Source of the DNA: Eledone cirrhosa
Lineage: Eukaryota
Direction: 5' to 3'
DNA: 64,000 bases
NCBI GenBank assembly: GCA_964016885.1
Contig: OZ024744.1
Coordinates: 92,690,001-92,754,000, forward strand
Shown: positions 51,341-64,000 of the stretch, piece after piece
How the letters are laid out: every line of letters starts with the position of its first letter
Numbering within the stretch: the stretch's first letter is position 1
The notes under the pieces: generated by a model
The model's input: only the letters and a program-made list of their open reading frames with translations
Database searches by the model: none
What the model was told of the DNA's origin: nothing
Position numbers and translations under genes: made by a program

Positions 51341-51539
51341 TGTCTATATGTATCTTTTCTCCATATAATGACAAGTTAAAACCACTGTTGCTATTATTCT
51401 AACCAATGTACCAATGGAGTTATCTCTCGGTATTTAACTAAATAAATTAACAAAAACACCAACACACACACAAAAAGAAGCAGACAAGAAAAAAGGAAAC
51501 TAAATTACTAACAGAATGGAACTGAGAGGATTTAAACAA

Positions 51540-52939
51540 TCACACATACACATACATGCATACAAATATATACACAGACACATATATATACATATATATA
51601 CATATATATATATACATCCATACATATACACATACATACAGATAAACACACGTACACACACACATATACACACATACAGACATACACATACATAGATATA
51701 TACACATACACACAATCACACATACAAACACACATACTCACACACACATACACATACACACACAAACATACATATACACACACATATATATATATATATA
51801 CACACACATTCATATACAAACACACAGACAGACACAAACACACACATACAGCCACAGACATACACACATATATACATACAGATGGGCATATACACAGAGA
51901 CACATACACACACACACATATACATATATACACATACACACATACACACACAAACACACATACATACAGACACACACACACACACACATATATCATCATC
52001 ATCATCATCCTCATCATCGTTTAACGTCCGTGTTCCACGCTTGCATGGGTTTGGCCATATATATATATACTCACTCACATAGACACACATATATATATAT
52101 ACATACACACTCGCATACACATACACACAAGTACATACATACATGCACATACACACATACACACAAACACACATACACACACACATACACAACCAAACAT
52201 ATATATACATTATTTTAACAAGGAAAAAGCATCATTAGTGAAATAGAACGGAGAATTATAAAATGAAAGATTGAGGAAGAGAAAAAAACGTATATATCTG
52301 AGTGAGTATATATATATATATGAGTCTGTATATATTATATGTATATATATATATATATGTGTGTGTATATATATATATATGTATGTATGTATGTATATAT
52401 ATATGTGTGTATGTGTGTATGTATATATGTATATATGTATGTGCGTGTGTGTGCATGTGCATATGCATATATATATGTGTGTGTGTGTGCATTTGCATAT
52501 ATATATATATATATGTGCGTGTGTGTGCATGTATGTATGTCTGTACATACATACATATATATGTGTGTGTGTGTACGTGTGTGCATGTGTGTGTGTCTTT
52601 ATGCTTATGTATGTGTATGTCTGTGTGTATATATATATGCATTCATATATATATATTCATATACGTGCATTCATATATATATATATATTTTTTTTTTTAT
52701 CTATTTATGTATATATGTATATATGTATATTTATGTGTATGTATATATATCTGTTTTTATATGTGTGTATATGTGTGTATGTATGTGCGTATGAATGTTT
52801 TCTAAACAGAAATGGAAAATTAGGAAGAAGGGGAATAAAAAAATCAATATCTACAATAAAAACAAATATTATTGACAATAAAACAAGCTTTCATATTATT
52901 TTATAAATATGAATTACAGTGTTATTCAGTCATACACAT

Positions 52940-52972
<33 letters not shown>

Positions 52973-53087
52973 CATATATGTGTCAGTATGTATGTATATA
53001 TACATATACATACATACTGACATACATACATACATACATATATATATATGTATATACATATATATGATGATGATGATGATGATGATG

Positions 53088-53121
<34 letters not shown>

Positions 53122-53910
53122 GCATACAAACATACATACATACATGTATACATACTCACACACATACATACATACACACATATATATATATATACATACA
53201 CATACATACATACATATAGACATACATACAAGCAGGCATACACTACATACATATATATATACATACACACACACATACATATATACATGCATACATACAC
53301 ATATATAAATATACATACATACATATATAAATATACATGTATATACATACATACACACACTTACATACACATACATGCACATAAACATATACACATATAC
53401 ACACACATGCACACACATACACATACATATACACATACACACGTACACAGACATACATATACATACACATACATAAACCACACATAAATAAAACAAAGAG
53501 GAAACAAAAAATTATTAAGAAAAGAGATGGAATAACTAAAAAAATATATTGAATATAAATGTGAATAAAATATAAATAAATATTATTAATAACAGACAAA
53601 TGGTGGAAGAGAGGGACAGAGAGAGAGGGGGGTGAATAGAGAGAGGGGGTAGAGGGAGGGAGGGAGAGAGGAGAGAAAGAAAAAGATAGAAATATATATA
53701 TATATATGCAGAGAGAGAGAAAGAGAGAGAGAGTAATGCAGACAGAGAGAGGGAGCATGGATCGAGGGAGAGAGGGTAAAGGGGAAGAAAGAGAGAGATA
53801 GAGAAGATGTGAGACTGAAAGAGAGAGAGAGAGAGAGAGAGAGAGTGGAGGAGAGAGAGAAAGAGTCACGGAGGTAGAGAGAGAGTGCAGCAGACAGAGA
53901 GAGAGGGGGG
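51540..53910. repeat. Compound CA/TA, TG/TA and GA low-complexity tracts
   Basis: Alternating dinucleotide-derived blocks; short RTE/SINE tail remnant at about 51992-52052. Confidence 0.9.
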
Positions 53911-53994
53911 GTTTAGAAATAAGAATTAAACAAATCATTCCAAACAAATCAAACCAGGATCAAAGACATTTTTTTTTTTAAATAACAGAAACCA

Positions 53995-54395
53995 AATGTT
54001 ATTAACAAGTAGCAAACTTTATCAGCAAAAATAAACATTATTAACGAAAATAAGCATTATTAACAAAAAAATATTTCCAGCAAAAGTAAAACATTATCAA
54101 CAAAAATATACATTATCGATAAAAAAAACAAACATTATCATCAAAATAAAACATTATTAACAAAATTATATATTATTTAAAAAATAAGCATTATCAACAA
54201 AAATAAAACGTTAACAAAATTATACGTTATTTACAAAAATAAGCATTATCAACAACAATAAATATCATCATAAAACATTATCAACAAAAATATAAAATAT
54301 TAACAAAAATAAACATTATTTACAAAAATAGGCATTATAAACAAAAATAAACATTATCAACGAAAATAAACATAATCAACGAAAATAACCATTAC
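53995..54395. repeat. Degenerate ~20-bp AT-rich tandem repeat (AACATTATYAACAAAAATA-like)
   Basis: Visible periodicity; the repeat resumes at about 54655-54703 after the U2 copy. Confidence 0.8.
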
Positions 54396-54462
54396 ACTTT
54401 TACTCTTTTACCTGCTCCAGCTGACTGGCGGAAGCCATGCTGGGGTACTATCATTGGGTCAG

Positions 54463-54652
54463 AGATTGACTGAATCCTGGAAGTACTGCAATACCTGGCC
54501 AACCTGTAGCAATGGCAGAGCAAGCCCCTAACCCTTCACCTAGTTCTAAAAATCAGTTTAATATCAATGGTCCCCACAGGGACTTGTATTCTATATTAAG
54601 CTGATAAGAACAGATACTACACATTGATCTTAGCCAAGAGGCAGAGAAATAT
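54463..54652 (-). pseudogene. U2: Full-length divergent U2 snRNA copy
   Basis: Minus strand ATATTTCTCTGCCTCTTGGCTAAGATCAATGTGTAGTATCTGTTCTTATCAGCTTAATAT, Sm-like ATTTTTAG, GGGGCTTGCTC, and stem-loop IV GGTATTGCAGTACTTCCAGG. Confidence 0.92.
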
Positions 54653-55119
54653 AATGTTATCAACAAAATTAAACATTTTGAACAGAAATATACATTGTCA
54701 ACAGTAGAAGGAAGACCACGAAAAACATGGGCGGGGGTTGGGGGGTGAGAGCGGACCTAGAAGAAGAAGAAGAAGAAGAAGATTTGGTTTCATTTGGAAA
54801 TCAAAGCTAGCTTGTGGACATGGCACTGAGAAGCCTACTTCTTACTGCATAAGCTCTGACAATCACAGAAAATGGATTATTGGCAAAACAGATACTGAGA
54901 GTTAAATAAATAAATAATTAATTAAACTGATTAATTAACTTGATAAATTAATTAATACAATAATTTATGTATAATTAATTAATATCTTTTAAGGGCAAAA
55001 AAAAAAATCAAAAGTTAAAAACAAAAAAAAATGTTTTCCACGAAAGTTCACATTCAAACTCACACATACAGTAGTTGTGTATGTGTATGTGTGTGTGTGG
55101 GGGGGGGGGAATATGTGTG

Positions 55120-55151
<32 letters not shown>

Positions 55152-55164
55152 AAATATTTATATA

Positions 55165-55223
<59 letters not shown>

Positions 55224-55323
55224 CATTTATATGCAAGTATATATACATATATATACTTGCATATATATACGTATATACATACATGTACGTTTTAAGTACT
55301 ATTGTATTTTAAGCACACATTCT

Positions 55324-55376
<53 letters not shown>

Positions 55377-55478
55377 TTATATATATATATATATAAATGA
55401 AAGGTATAGAAAGTATTGTAGCAAGAAGCCAACATAATATATAAGTCAAAATGGGAAAATAGTTAACGTAAGATGTGG

Positions 55479-55522
<44 letters not shown>

Positions 55523-55824
55523 ATGCTAGCGTGAAAGGTAGACGTTAAACGATGATGATGATGTATATATGTGTGTGTGAGAAACAGAGTGAGAGAGAGA
55601 GAGAGAGAGAGAGAGTATACGCATACTCGCATAAACATACATACACATCTACACACACACACACACACATACACACACACATATATATACATGGTTACAT
55701 ACTCTTTTACACACATATTCACGCAGTAAAAACAACGAAAATTGCAAACGTAGGCAAACAAACTTGTAAATGTGCACACGTCTTCACAGATAGCATAGTT
55801 AATAGCCAAAGATAATCCCATATT

Positions 55825-56455
55825 CAAACATGCATATACATGCACATACATGTACATACATGCACATACATGCACATGCATGCACAAACATGCTCATTCA
55901 TGCACAAGCATGCACATACAGGCACATTCATGCACAAGCATGCACAGACATGCACATACATGCACAAGCATGCACATACAGGCACAAACATGCACATACA
56001 TGCACATTCATGCACAAGCATGCCATATGTGCTCATACATGCACATACATGCATGCACAAACATACACATACATGCACATACATTCACAAACATGCACAG
56101 GCATGCACATACATTCACAAACAAGCACAAGCATGCACATACATGCACATTCATGCACAAGCATGCACATATATGCTCAAACATGCACATAGATGTACAA
56201 GCATACGTGCACAAACATACACATACATGCACATATATGCACATGCATGCACATACGTGCACATACATGCACATACATGCACATACATGCACAAAGATGC
56301 ACAAACATGTACATTCGTGCACAGGCATGCACAAACATGCATGCACACACATACACATACATGCACATACATACACATACATGCACGTAAATGCTTCAAT
56401 ATATGCAGTGTATGCACATGCATGCACCAATATATGCAGTATATGCACACATGCA
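55825..56455. repeat. ~10-bp degenerate repeat (CATGCACATA)n
   Basis: Visible periodicity. Confidence 0.9.
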
Positions 56456-56534
56456 TTTTTACATTTCACACATAGCACTTCTTCACAATGACCCATCCCC
56501 AAACCTTGTTAGCAGAGAGAAAATGGACATTAAA

Positions 56535-57650
56535 TGATGATGGTGATGGTAATGTTAATGATGATGATGTTAATGATGATGGTGGTGGTGGTGGTGGTTG
56601 TGTTGATGCTGTCGGTGATGATGATGGTGACGGTGGGGTGGGTGGGGGGCGACGATGATAGTGATGGATGTAATGCAAGCTGTGGTGGTGATGATGGTGG
56701 TTGTGTTGATGATGGTGGTGGCGGTGGCGGTGGTGGCGATGATGATAGTGATGGAAGCTGTGGTGGTGGCAGTGGTTGTGGTGGTGGTGTTGTTGATGGT
56801 GGTGGTGGTGGTTGTGGTGGTAGTGGTGATGTTGTTGATGGTGGTGGTGATGGTAGTGGTGGTTGTGGTGATGTTGTTGATGGTGGTGATGGTGGTGGTG
56901 CTGGTGATGTTGTTGCTGGTGGTGGTGGTTGTGGTGGTGGTGGTGATGTTGTTGATGGTGGTGGTGGTGGTGATGGTGGTGGTGGTGGTGGTGGTTGTGA
57001 TGGTGGTGGTGGTGATGGTGGTTGTTTTGGTGGTGGTGATGGTAGTGATGTTGTTGATGGTGGTGGTGGTGATGGTGGTTGTTTTGGTGGTGGTGATGGT
57101 AGTGATGGTGCTGGTGTTGATGGTTATGGTTGTGGTGGTGGTGGTGGTAGTGGTGGTGGTTGTGGTGGTGGTAGTTTTGGTGGTGGTGATGGTGGTGATG
57201 TTGTTTATGGTGGTGGTGTTGATGGTGGTGGTTGTGGTGGTGGTGGTGGTGGTTGTAGTGGTGGTGGTTTTTGGTGGAGGTGATGGTGGTGATGTTGTTG
57301 ATGGTGGTGGTGTTGATGGTGGTGGTTGTGGTGGTGGTGGTGGTAGTGGTTGTGGTGGTGGTGGTTTTGGTGGAGGTGATGGTGGTGATGATGTTGATGG
57401 TGGTGGTGTTGATGGTGGTGGTTGTGGTGGTGGTGGTGGTGGTAGTGGTGGTGGTGAGGGTGGGATGTTGTTGATGGTGGAGGCGGTGATGGTGGCCGTG
57501 ACGGTGATGATGGTAGTGTTGGTGGCAGTGGTGGTGGTGGTGGTTGTTCTGGTGGCATTGGGGGTGGTGATGGTGGTAGTAGGGATGATGATGGTGGTTG
57601 TAGTGGTGGTTGTGGTGATGAAAATGATAATAATGATGGTAGTTGTGGTG
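56535..57650. repeat. (GGT/GAT/GTT)n trinucleotide tract with internal ~60-bp repeats
   Basis: Visible periodicity; poly-G, poly-V and poly-T ORFs in several frames. Confidence 0.9.
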
Positions 57651-57883
57651 ATAACAGCGTAGTTAAAGCAACACCCCCCACCCCCCCACCCCCTCACATT
57701 CCTACCCCCACCCCCACCAAAACGGTACTTGACGTAATCTAATTGGACAGAACTTTGTCAGTTTGAGGCCAAATACTCCTCTTGGCAGTAAAATCTTTCA
57801 CTCTACAACCCATCTCACCTTCATCTCACCTCAGTCTCTTCCTAATTGTAAAGCAGTTGGTTGGTTGGAACTCTACTTCTTAA

Positions 57884-58318
57884 CCCTTTAGCATTTAAAC
57901 TGATCATATCCAGCCAGAATTCTCTCACCCCTTTCTGTTTAACCCTTTAGCATTTACATTACTCTATATTTACTATTGTATTTTTGTGGTAAAGGCTTTA
58001 CCTCACATAATTATCTCACATAGTAATATTGAATCTATGAAATTTTGGTATCATTTATTTTGAGGACAATACCTTAACATCAGTATGACTGGCCAGTTAT
58101 GACTGTTTTGAGCAGAAAGAGGTGAAATTATTCTGGCCGGATACGGCCCGTTTAAATGCTAAAGGGTTAGATCAGCCATAATTGGTTCCTCATACTGATG
58201 TTAAGGTATTGTTCTGAAAATAAATAATATTAAAATCTCATAGATTCGATATTATGTGAGGTAAAGCCTTTACTACAAAAATACAATAGTAAATATAGAG
58301 TAATGTAAATGTTAAAGG
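57884..58318 (+). mobile_element. piggyBac-type MITE with a second copy (57943-58166) nested in inverted orientation
   Basis: Outer TTAA|CCCTTTAGC...TAAAGG|TTAA; inner TTAA|CCCTTTAGC...GCTAAAGGG|TTAG; both homologous to 17014-17231. Confidence 0.85.
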
Positions 58319-58348
58319 TTAAGCGTGCTCCTTCACATGTCTTGGGTC

Positions 58349-58500
58349 AGGCATGGCTGTGTGGTTAACATGTTTGCAATTGGTTTCATAACTGTGAAGT
58401 CCTGGGTCCAATCCTATACCATGGCATCTTGAGCAAGTGTCTACCAAATTCTTGTGAGTAAAATTTGCTAGATGGAAAATTGTGCAAAAGTCCATCAGAA
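58349..58500 (+). mobile_element. Degenerate tRNA-derived SINE head
   Basis: GGCATGGCTGTGTGGTTAA, GGGTCCAATCC, TCTTGAGCAAGTGTCT. Confidence 0.55.
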
Positions 58501-58587
58501 AGATTTTTTTCTTGGTTTTAAGTGATAGACTTAATCAATGGACCGGTTTAGCCATTTTAATATCACCTCATCCACCTGAAATTTTCA

Positions 58588-59110
58588 AGTCATTCATTCA
58601 GCCCCATCGCTCTCTGTGGAATATAGACCATTGATGACCCCCTGTTATCAGCGTACTCGATCCTGGGCTGCTCTCCCCATACCACTCATATTGGCTTACA
58701 GTTTTCTTAATTCAGCCTCAGTGTCACACATCCAGCTGCCGTGGGGCTGGCTTCTCTTCCTCTTTCCCTACAAGTTCCAGATCAGGGCTTGGTGTGTGGT
58801 GTTGGATGCTAGTTTCCTGAGTGCATGTCCAATCCAGCTCCCCTTCCTCCTCAGAATCCCCTTTGCCACTGGTTCCTGTCCTGCTCACTTCCACAGATCT
58901 TTGTTTCTCATCTTCTCCAGCCATTTGATGTTGTAGATGTACCTCTGTATGGTGTTGAAGAATGTCTGTTTCTTCTGCTGCATCTTCTTTGTTGTCCTCC
59001 AAGTTCCACATATGTACAGCAGTACTGCCTTCACATCTGTACAGCAGTACCGCCTTCACATCTGTACAGCAGTACCGCCTTCACATCTGTACAGCAGTAC
59101 CGCCTTCATT
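58588..59110 (-). mobile_element. RTE-clade LINE 3' fragment (second family)
   Basis: VKAVLLY (in a 25-bp tandem repeat), TWRTTK, WIGHALRK..TTHQALIWN..GKRKR; tail (TGAA)n. Confidence 0.8.
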
Positions 59111-59159
59111 AATTTTAAAGTGAGTCTATATAAATAAAAACCTTCCATCATAATTTTAT

Positions 59160-59880
59160 GTAAGAACTGTGACACTCGTCCTCTCAAGGAAGCATGTCCA
59201 CTGCACTCTACATGTAAATGAAGTTCCACTGAAGCAGGAGGAGAAGTTCATCAAGTATCTCAGGGCCATGTTCATGAATGATAGAAGGAAGGAGGCTGAA
59301 TTAAGTGCAAGAATTGCAGGAACTGGTACAGTAATGTGCCAGCTTCAGCATTCAGTAATCAAAAGAAGGGAGGTAGGTGTAAAAGCCAAACTTGCTAAAT
59401 TCAATTCGGTATTCGAGCCAACCCTTACCTATGGTCATAAATCTTAGGTAATGACTGATAGAATATGATCACAATTACAAGGGAAATGTGTTCCTCCAAA
59501 GGGTCTTTGGAATAACATTACTTGATAGAGTGTGTGTCACAGAGATCAGAGAGTCACTCCAGGTAGAGCTGCTACTTCTCCGAAATGAAAAATCACAGCT
59601 CTGATACTATGGACATGTGGTTAGAATGTCTCAGGAAAGAATCTCTGGACAGATTTTAAGGGGCAAAAAACCAACTGGTAGGAGACACAGGGATAGACCC
59701 CCCCCCCCCCACCCCAAGCAAGATTATTGGATAACATTCATGAGCTTGGTTGGTCTCACTTGGGGATCCTGCTGGATCAGTTGGAGACGGTTGCTTCTGA
59801 CTGGATCAGCTGGAAGGGGTGTTTGAGGAATCTGTCCCCGTAACCCTCACAGGAATAAGTGGGTGAAGAAGAAGAAGAAG
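59160..59880 (+). mobile_element. RTE-clade LINE 3' fragment, Expander/Rex3-like
   Basis: KYLRAMF..ELSARIA..VKAKLA..PTLTYGHKS*VMT..EIRESLQVELLLL..YYGHVVRMS..PTGRR; tail (GAA)n. Confidence 0.8.
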
Positions 59881-60241
59881 GAGAGGAGGAGGAGGAGGAG
59901 GAGGAGGAGGGGGAGAAGAAAAATAAGAAGAAAAGAAGAAAGCAAACAAGAAGGAGGGGGGGATTGTTTATGTTGACTGCTAAGACATTGGAAGTGATTA
60001 AAGATAAAAATGATATTTTAATAATTTATTTCAAGGATATAATTACATAAATGTTCAGCATGTATGTACAAATCACATACAGGATTAAATGTGTGAGTAA
60101 TTGTGGTGACATAACTATTTAGGGGGGGGGGGGCATATGTAGGGTTAAATAAAAGATCCATCATGTGTACATTTGTGTGTATCAAGTTTTATGCATGTAT
60201 GTATATGTATATATATATATATGTTTATATGTATATATATG

Positions 60242-60303
<62 letters not shown>

Positions 60304-60615
60304 CAAATTTTAGTACAGAACTAATGAAGCTTTAGTTTGCGGCCAAGCTAACGAATGCAAATTCGGTATGTAGCTTTAACACTCGAATGGGAATAGTACC
60401 CCAGAGTAATAACAATACGTTTAGACAGCTTAGCAAATCAAATATAGCGATCGGCAGTCCAGCCGCATTACCACAGCAACGAGAATGGTTGGACTCAGGA
60501 AAAGGTATATATATATCCAGGGAGTGTAACTTGGAGTTACTGTAGGTTCACCCGGGTGAGCACTCGATGTTTAGGTTCACTTCAGTGTCGAGGTGTAGAG
60601 CTAGACAGAGTGTAT

Positions 60616-60885
60616 TATAGTGGAATAAAATAATAAGAACAATTGGTTACTCCTTCATTACGTTTATTGGTTGGTGATGTGCGTTTCGACACTGATCAGC
60701 TCAAGGTTCGATCTGTATCGATCTGATCCATTACCATTACAAGGGGTCTGACGATACAGATTGATACAGTCGGGTCAGATGGATACAGATCAAACTTTGA
60801 GCTGATCAGTGGCGAAACGCGCGTCACCAACCAATAAACGTAATGAAGGAGTAACGAATCGTCTTTGTTATTTTATTCCACTATA
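60616..60885. repeat. ~110-bp-arm inverted repeat containing a hammerhead motif on the plus strand (60745-60828)
   Basis: Arms at about 60616-60730 and 60772-60885; GGT-CTGACGA...GAAAC(GCGC)GTC-ACC. Confidence 0.75.
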
Positions 60886-60904
60886 TATATTCATTTTCAT
60901 TTCA

Positions 60905-61385
<481 letters not shown>

Positions 61386-61571
61386 TATATGTATGTATAT
61401 ATATATATGGTATATGTATGTATATATATATATGGTATATGTATGTATATATATATATATATGGTATATGTATGTATATATATACATGTATGTATATATA
61501 TACATGTATGTATATATATATCATCATCATCATTTTACGTCCACTTTTCCCTGCTTGCAAGGGTGGGATGG

Positions 61572-63659
61572 CTATGCAACCCCACATCACCAACACGGGC
61601 GAAATTGCACAGAAAACACATGATGGGAGAGAGAAAATCCTCAACGCTCACATGATGATGTGGACTGACATCCTAAAGCCAAGCAGACGCACTGCCAACA
61701 ACTTCCAGGCGTCTAACAATGGCATACCACCCTTGTATGGTCTCCGCAAAGACCACAAGACAGTCGACGACCCGACAACAGGACCACCAACAAGACCTGT
61801 ATGCGGAGCTAATATAGCTAGCAACTACAGGATCTCCTACTTCCTCTCAATGGTTATATGCCCCATAATCAAGATGTCCCCAGATGTATGTGACAGTACA
61901 GAGGACCTCCTCAGCAGAATCAGTGAGTGCAACAACAACAAAAACAGGAATCTATCCAACTGCATAATAGGCAGCATGGATGTGGTATCACTGTACCCAT
62001 CCATTAACATTGATTTTGCTGTGGAAAAATGTGTGGAGGTGATCATTGAGAGTGAGGTGGAGTTCTGCGACGTCGACACAGACGAACTGGGCCTCCTACT
62101 TAGACTTACCTACGACAGTGACTACCTAGACAGCCATGACCTTAGACGTTTCTGCCCTAGTAGACCCATAAGAGGTAGACACCCCCCCCCCCCCCACCAT
62201 AACCCCCATGGCAAAAAAGACTCCCATGGGAAGGTGAATTGGGTGGACCAAAGCCATACGGACCCCCCAAAACAATGATCAGGTAAGAAAAATGGTCGCA
62301 CATGCAATAGGGGCTAGTATCAAAACTACCCTAAAGGGCCACATATTCAAGTTCAACGAGAAGATCTACACCCAAAATGAGGGAGCAGCCATTGGCGTCA
62401 GCATAATTGGTGATGTTGCCAACCTTTTTATGGTATGGTGGGAAAGGAGACTTAAAGATCTCCTTAATGAGAGCTCCATAGACCTCATCATGTACTCTCG
62501 TTACGTAGACGATATCAATATAGTTATAAGAACATCCCCACTAGAGAGCACTAACAAGTTTGATTTAGAACGTAGCACAATGGAAAGCATCCACCAGATA
62601 GCTAATTCCATACACCAGAGTATAACTGTAACTATCGACTACCCTTCCAAACACCCTAACAATAGACTACCTGTATTAGACACGGAACTCTGGATTAACA
62701 CTATAGACGAGAGAGCCCAAATTCTCCACTCACACTATGCTAAACCCATGGCCTCCAAATACCTGATACTCAAAAACTCAGCAATGTCCAGTAGTGCTAA
62801 GTTTAATATTCTGATCGCAGATTTGGTACGAGTGATGAAGAATGTGTCCCGCATGTGCGACCTAACAGAAATGGAAAGACACATCCAACACTTCATCAAC
62901 CGCATGCAGTTCTCTGGCTACAACCAAAGAGACAAAGTCAGAGTATACGAAGGAGCCATGGAGAAGTATAAGACCCTCATAGAACTGGACATGAAAGGAA
63001 TTTGCCCATTATACAGGAGCAAATCCTGGAATAGCTTAGATAGGGCTAGACATAAGATAGGGAAAGCCACCTCATGGTACGACAACCAGAGATACCAGAG
63101 TGTCATGTTTGTGGATGCTACCCCTGGAGGGAAATTAGCTAACCAGTGTAGAAAGGCTCTGAGAAAGACCCACTTAAAGATTAAGGTGGTAGAAAAGCCA
63201 GGAACCACCATAAAATCCCTGATCAGCAAAACCTACCCTTTTAAGAAAACCCACTGTACTAATAGGAAGTGTATCATATGTAAGGTAAACCCCCGGATAA
63301 ACTGTAAAACTAGAAACGTAGTCTATAGCATAAGATGTACAGAGGGTACTTGCAGAAACATGACAACAACATACATAGGCGAAACAGCTCGTAGCATAGG
63401 TGAAAGGATAGACCAACACTGGGGGGAACTAAAAGGACGAAAAAATGGGTCAGTAATATACGAACATGCCAGACAACAACACGACGGTAACATAGACAAC
63501 ATAGAAATTAGAATAATATCTAAACATAGAAATGACCCAGCAGATAGGCAAATCAGAGAGGCCAGTGAAATAGAACTTAGAAGGCTAAGACTAAACAGAA
63601 AGAATGAATGGAATAACAACAACACCCAAACAAACAACACTGACCTAAGAGAAGTATAA
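61572..63659 (+). mobile_element. Penelope-like element ORF (RT + GIY-YIG endonuclease), 5'-truncated, with one frameshift and one in-frame stop
   Basis: [60 protein letters not shown]; Cys linker CTNRKCIIC; VVYSIRC..C..YIGETARSIGERIDQH; EHARQQH. Frameshift in the C14 run at 62182-62195; TGA at 62235-62237. Confidence 0.93.
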
Positions 63660-63929
63660 ATAAATAGATAAATAAATAAATAAATAAATACATACACAAG
63701 CACAATAACAACAAACACATAAACACACACTAGTAAACATAGAACACATTAACCAATACACAGTCACCCAATCACGAACACACATCAAACAAAACACTAT
63801 ACACACACGCAAACGCATGCGCAAAGAAGACAAAATAAAATAAACAAACAAACAAATAAATAAATAAATATATAAACAGACTAAATAAAGATGGCGTAGA
63901 AATACAATGCAACGGGAGGAATCTATAGC

Positions 63930-63971
63930 ACCACTGACGATGTTGCAGATGTGCAACGAAAGAACTTTGAT
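63930..63971 (+). ncRNA. Hammerhead ribozyme motif in the 3' region (pLTR) of the Penelope-like element
   Basis: ACCA-CTGACGA-tGTTGCA(GATG)TGCAAC-GAA-AG(AA)CT-T-TGAT. Confidence 0.7.
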
Positions 63972-64000
63972 AAACTATATATATGTGTTTGTGTCTATAT

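Noticed and set aside
21515-51402. Dozens of long hydrophobic ORFs (up to 1257 aa, YYLFVILPVCYITCLL repeats)
   Set aside because: The 16-bp monomer has no plus-strand stop codon in any frame, so all three frames give the same peptide. This is a satellite translation artefact.
51500-56502. YI/CV/HT-rich ORFs
   Set aside because: Translations of TA, TG, CA and CATGCA microsatellites.
56534-57697. Gly/Asp/Cys-rich, poly-Val and poly-Thr ORFs resembling structural proteins
   Set aside because: Open in several frames on both strands of a (GGT)n-type tract, with no signal peptide, splice context or unique domain. A real Gly-rich exon cannot be fully excluded without RNA data.
57720-57856. Possible minus-strand terminal exon (TTACAATTAG|GAAGAG) with a long microsatellite-rich 3' UTR
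   Set aside because: Only a weak acceptor and a few codons; no recognisable protein or partner exon.

Overview
AT-rich, microsatellite-dense eukaryotic DNA made almost entirely of repeats. The SINE and LINE families resemble those of octopod cephalopods; this is an inference from recalled motifs, not a database hit. No intact host protein-coding gene is supported, and nearly all ORFs in the track are translations of simple repeats. The centre is a ~30 kb satellite with monomer TTACCTGTTTGTTATA, split by a ~5.6 kb two-ORF L1/Tx1-type LINE into a homogeneous left array and a diverged right array. The flanks hold a degenerate near-full-length RTE LINE, further RTE and R4/Dong fragments, two tRNA-derived SINE families, Helitron-, piggyBac- and mariner-type non-autonomous elements, a divergent full-length U2 snRNA copy, and a Penelope-like element (RT + GIY-YIG). 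The most notable signal is a set of about ten sequence-unrelated type I hammerhead ribozyme motifs, found by eye. Several lie in short non-coding units with terminal redundancy or inverted arms (retrozyme-like or Penelope pLTR-like), and one lies in the 3' region of the Penelope-like element. Two local tandem arrays visibly arose inside retroelement sequence. Repeat-edge coordinates are approximate.
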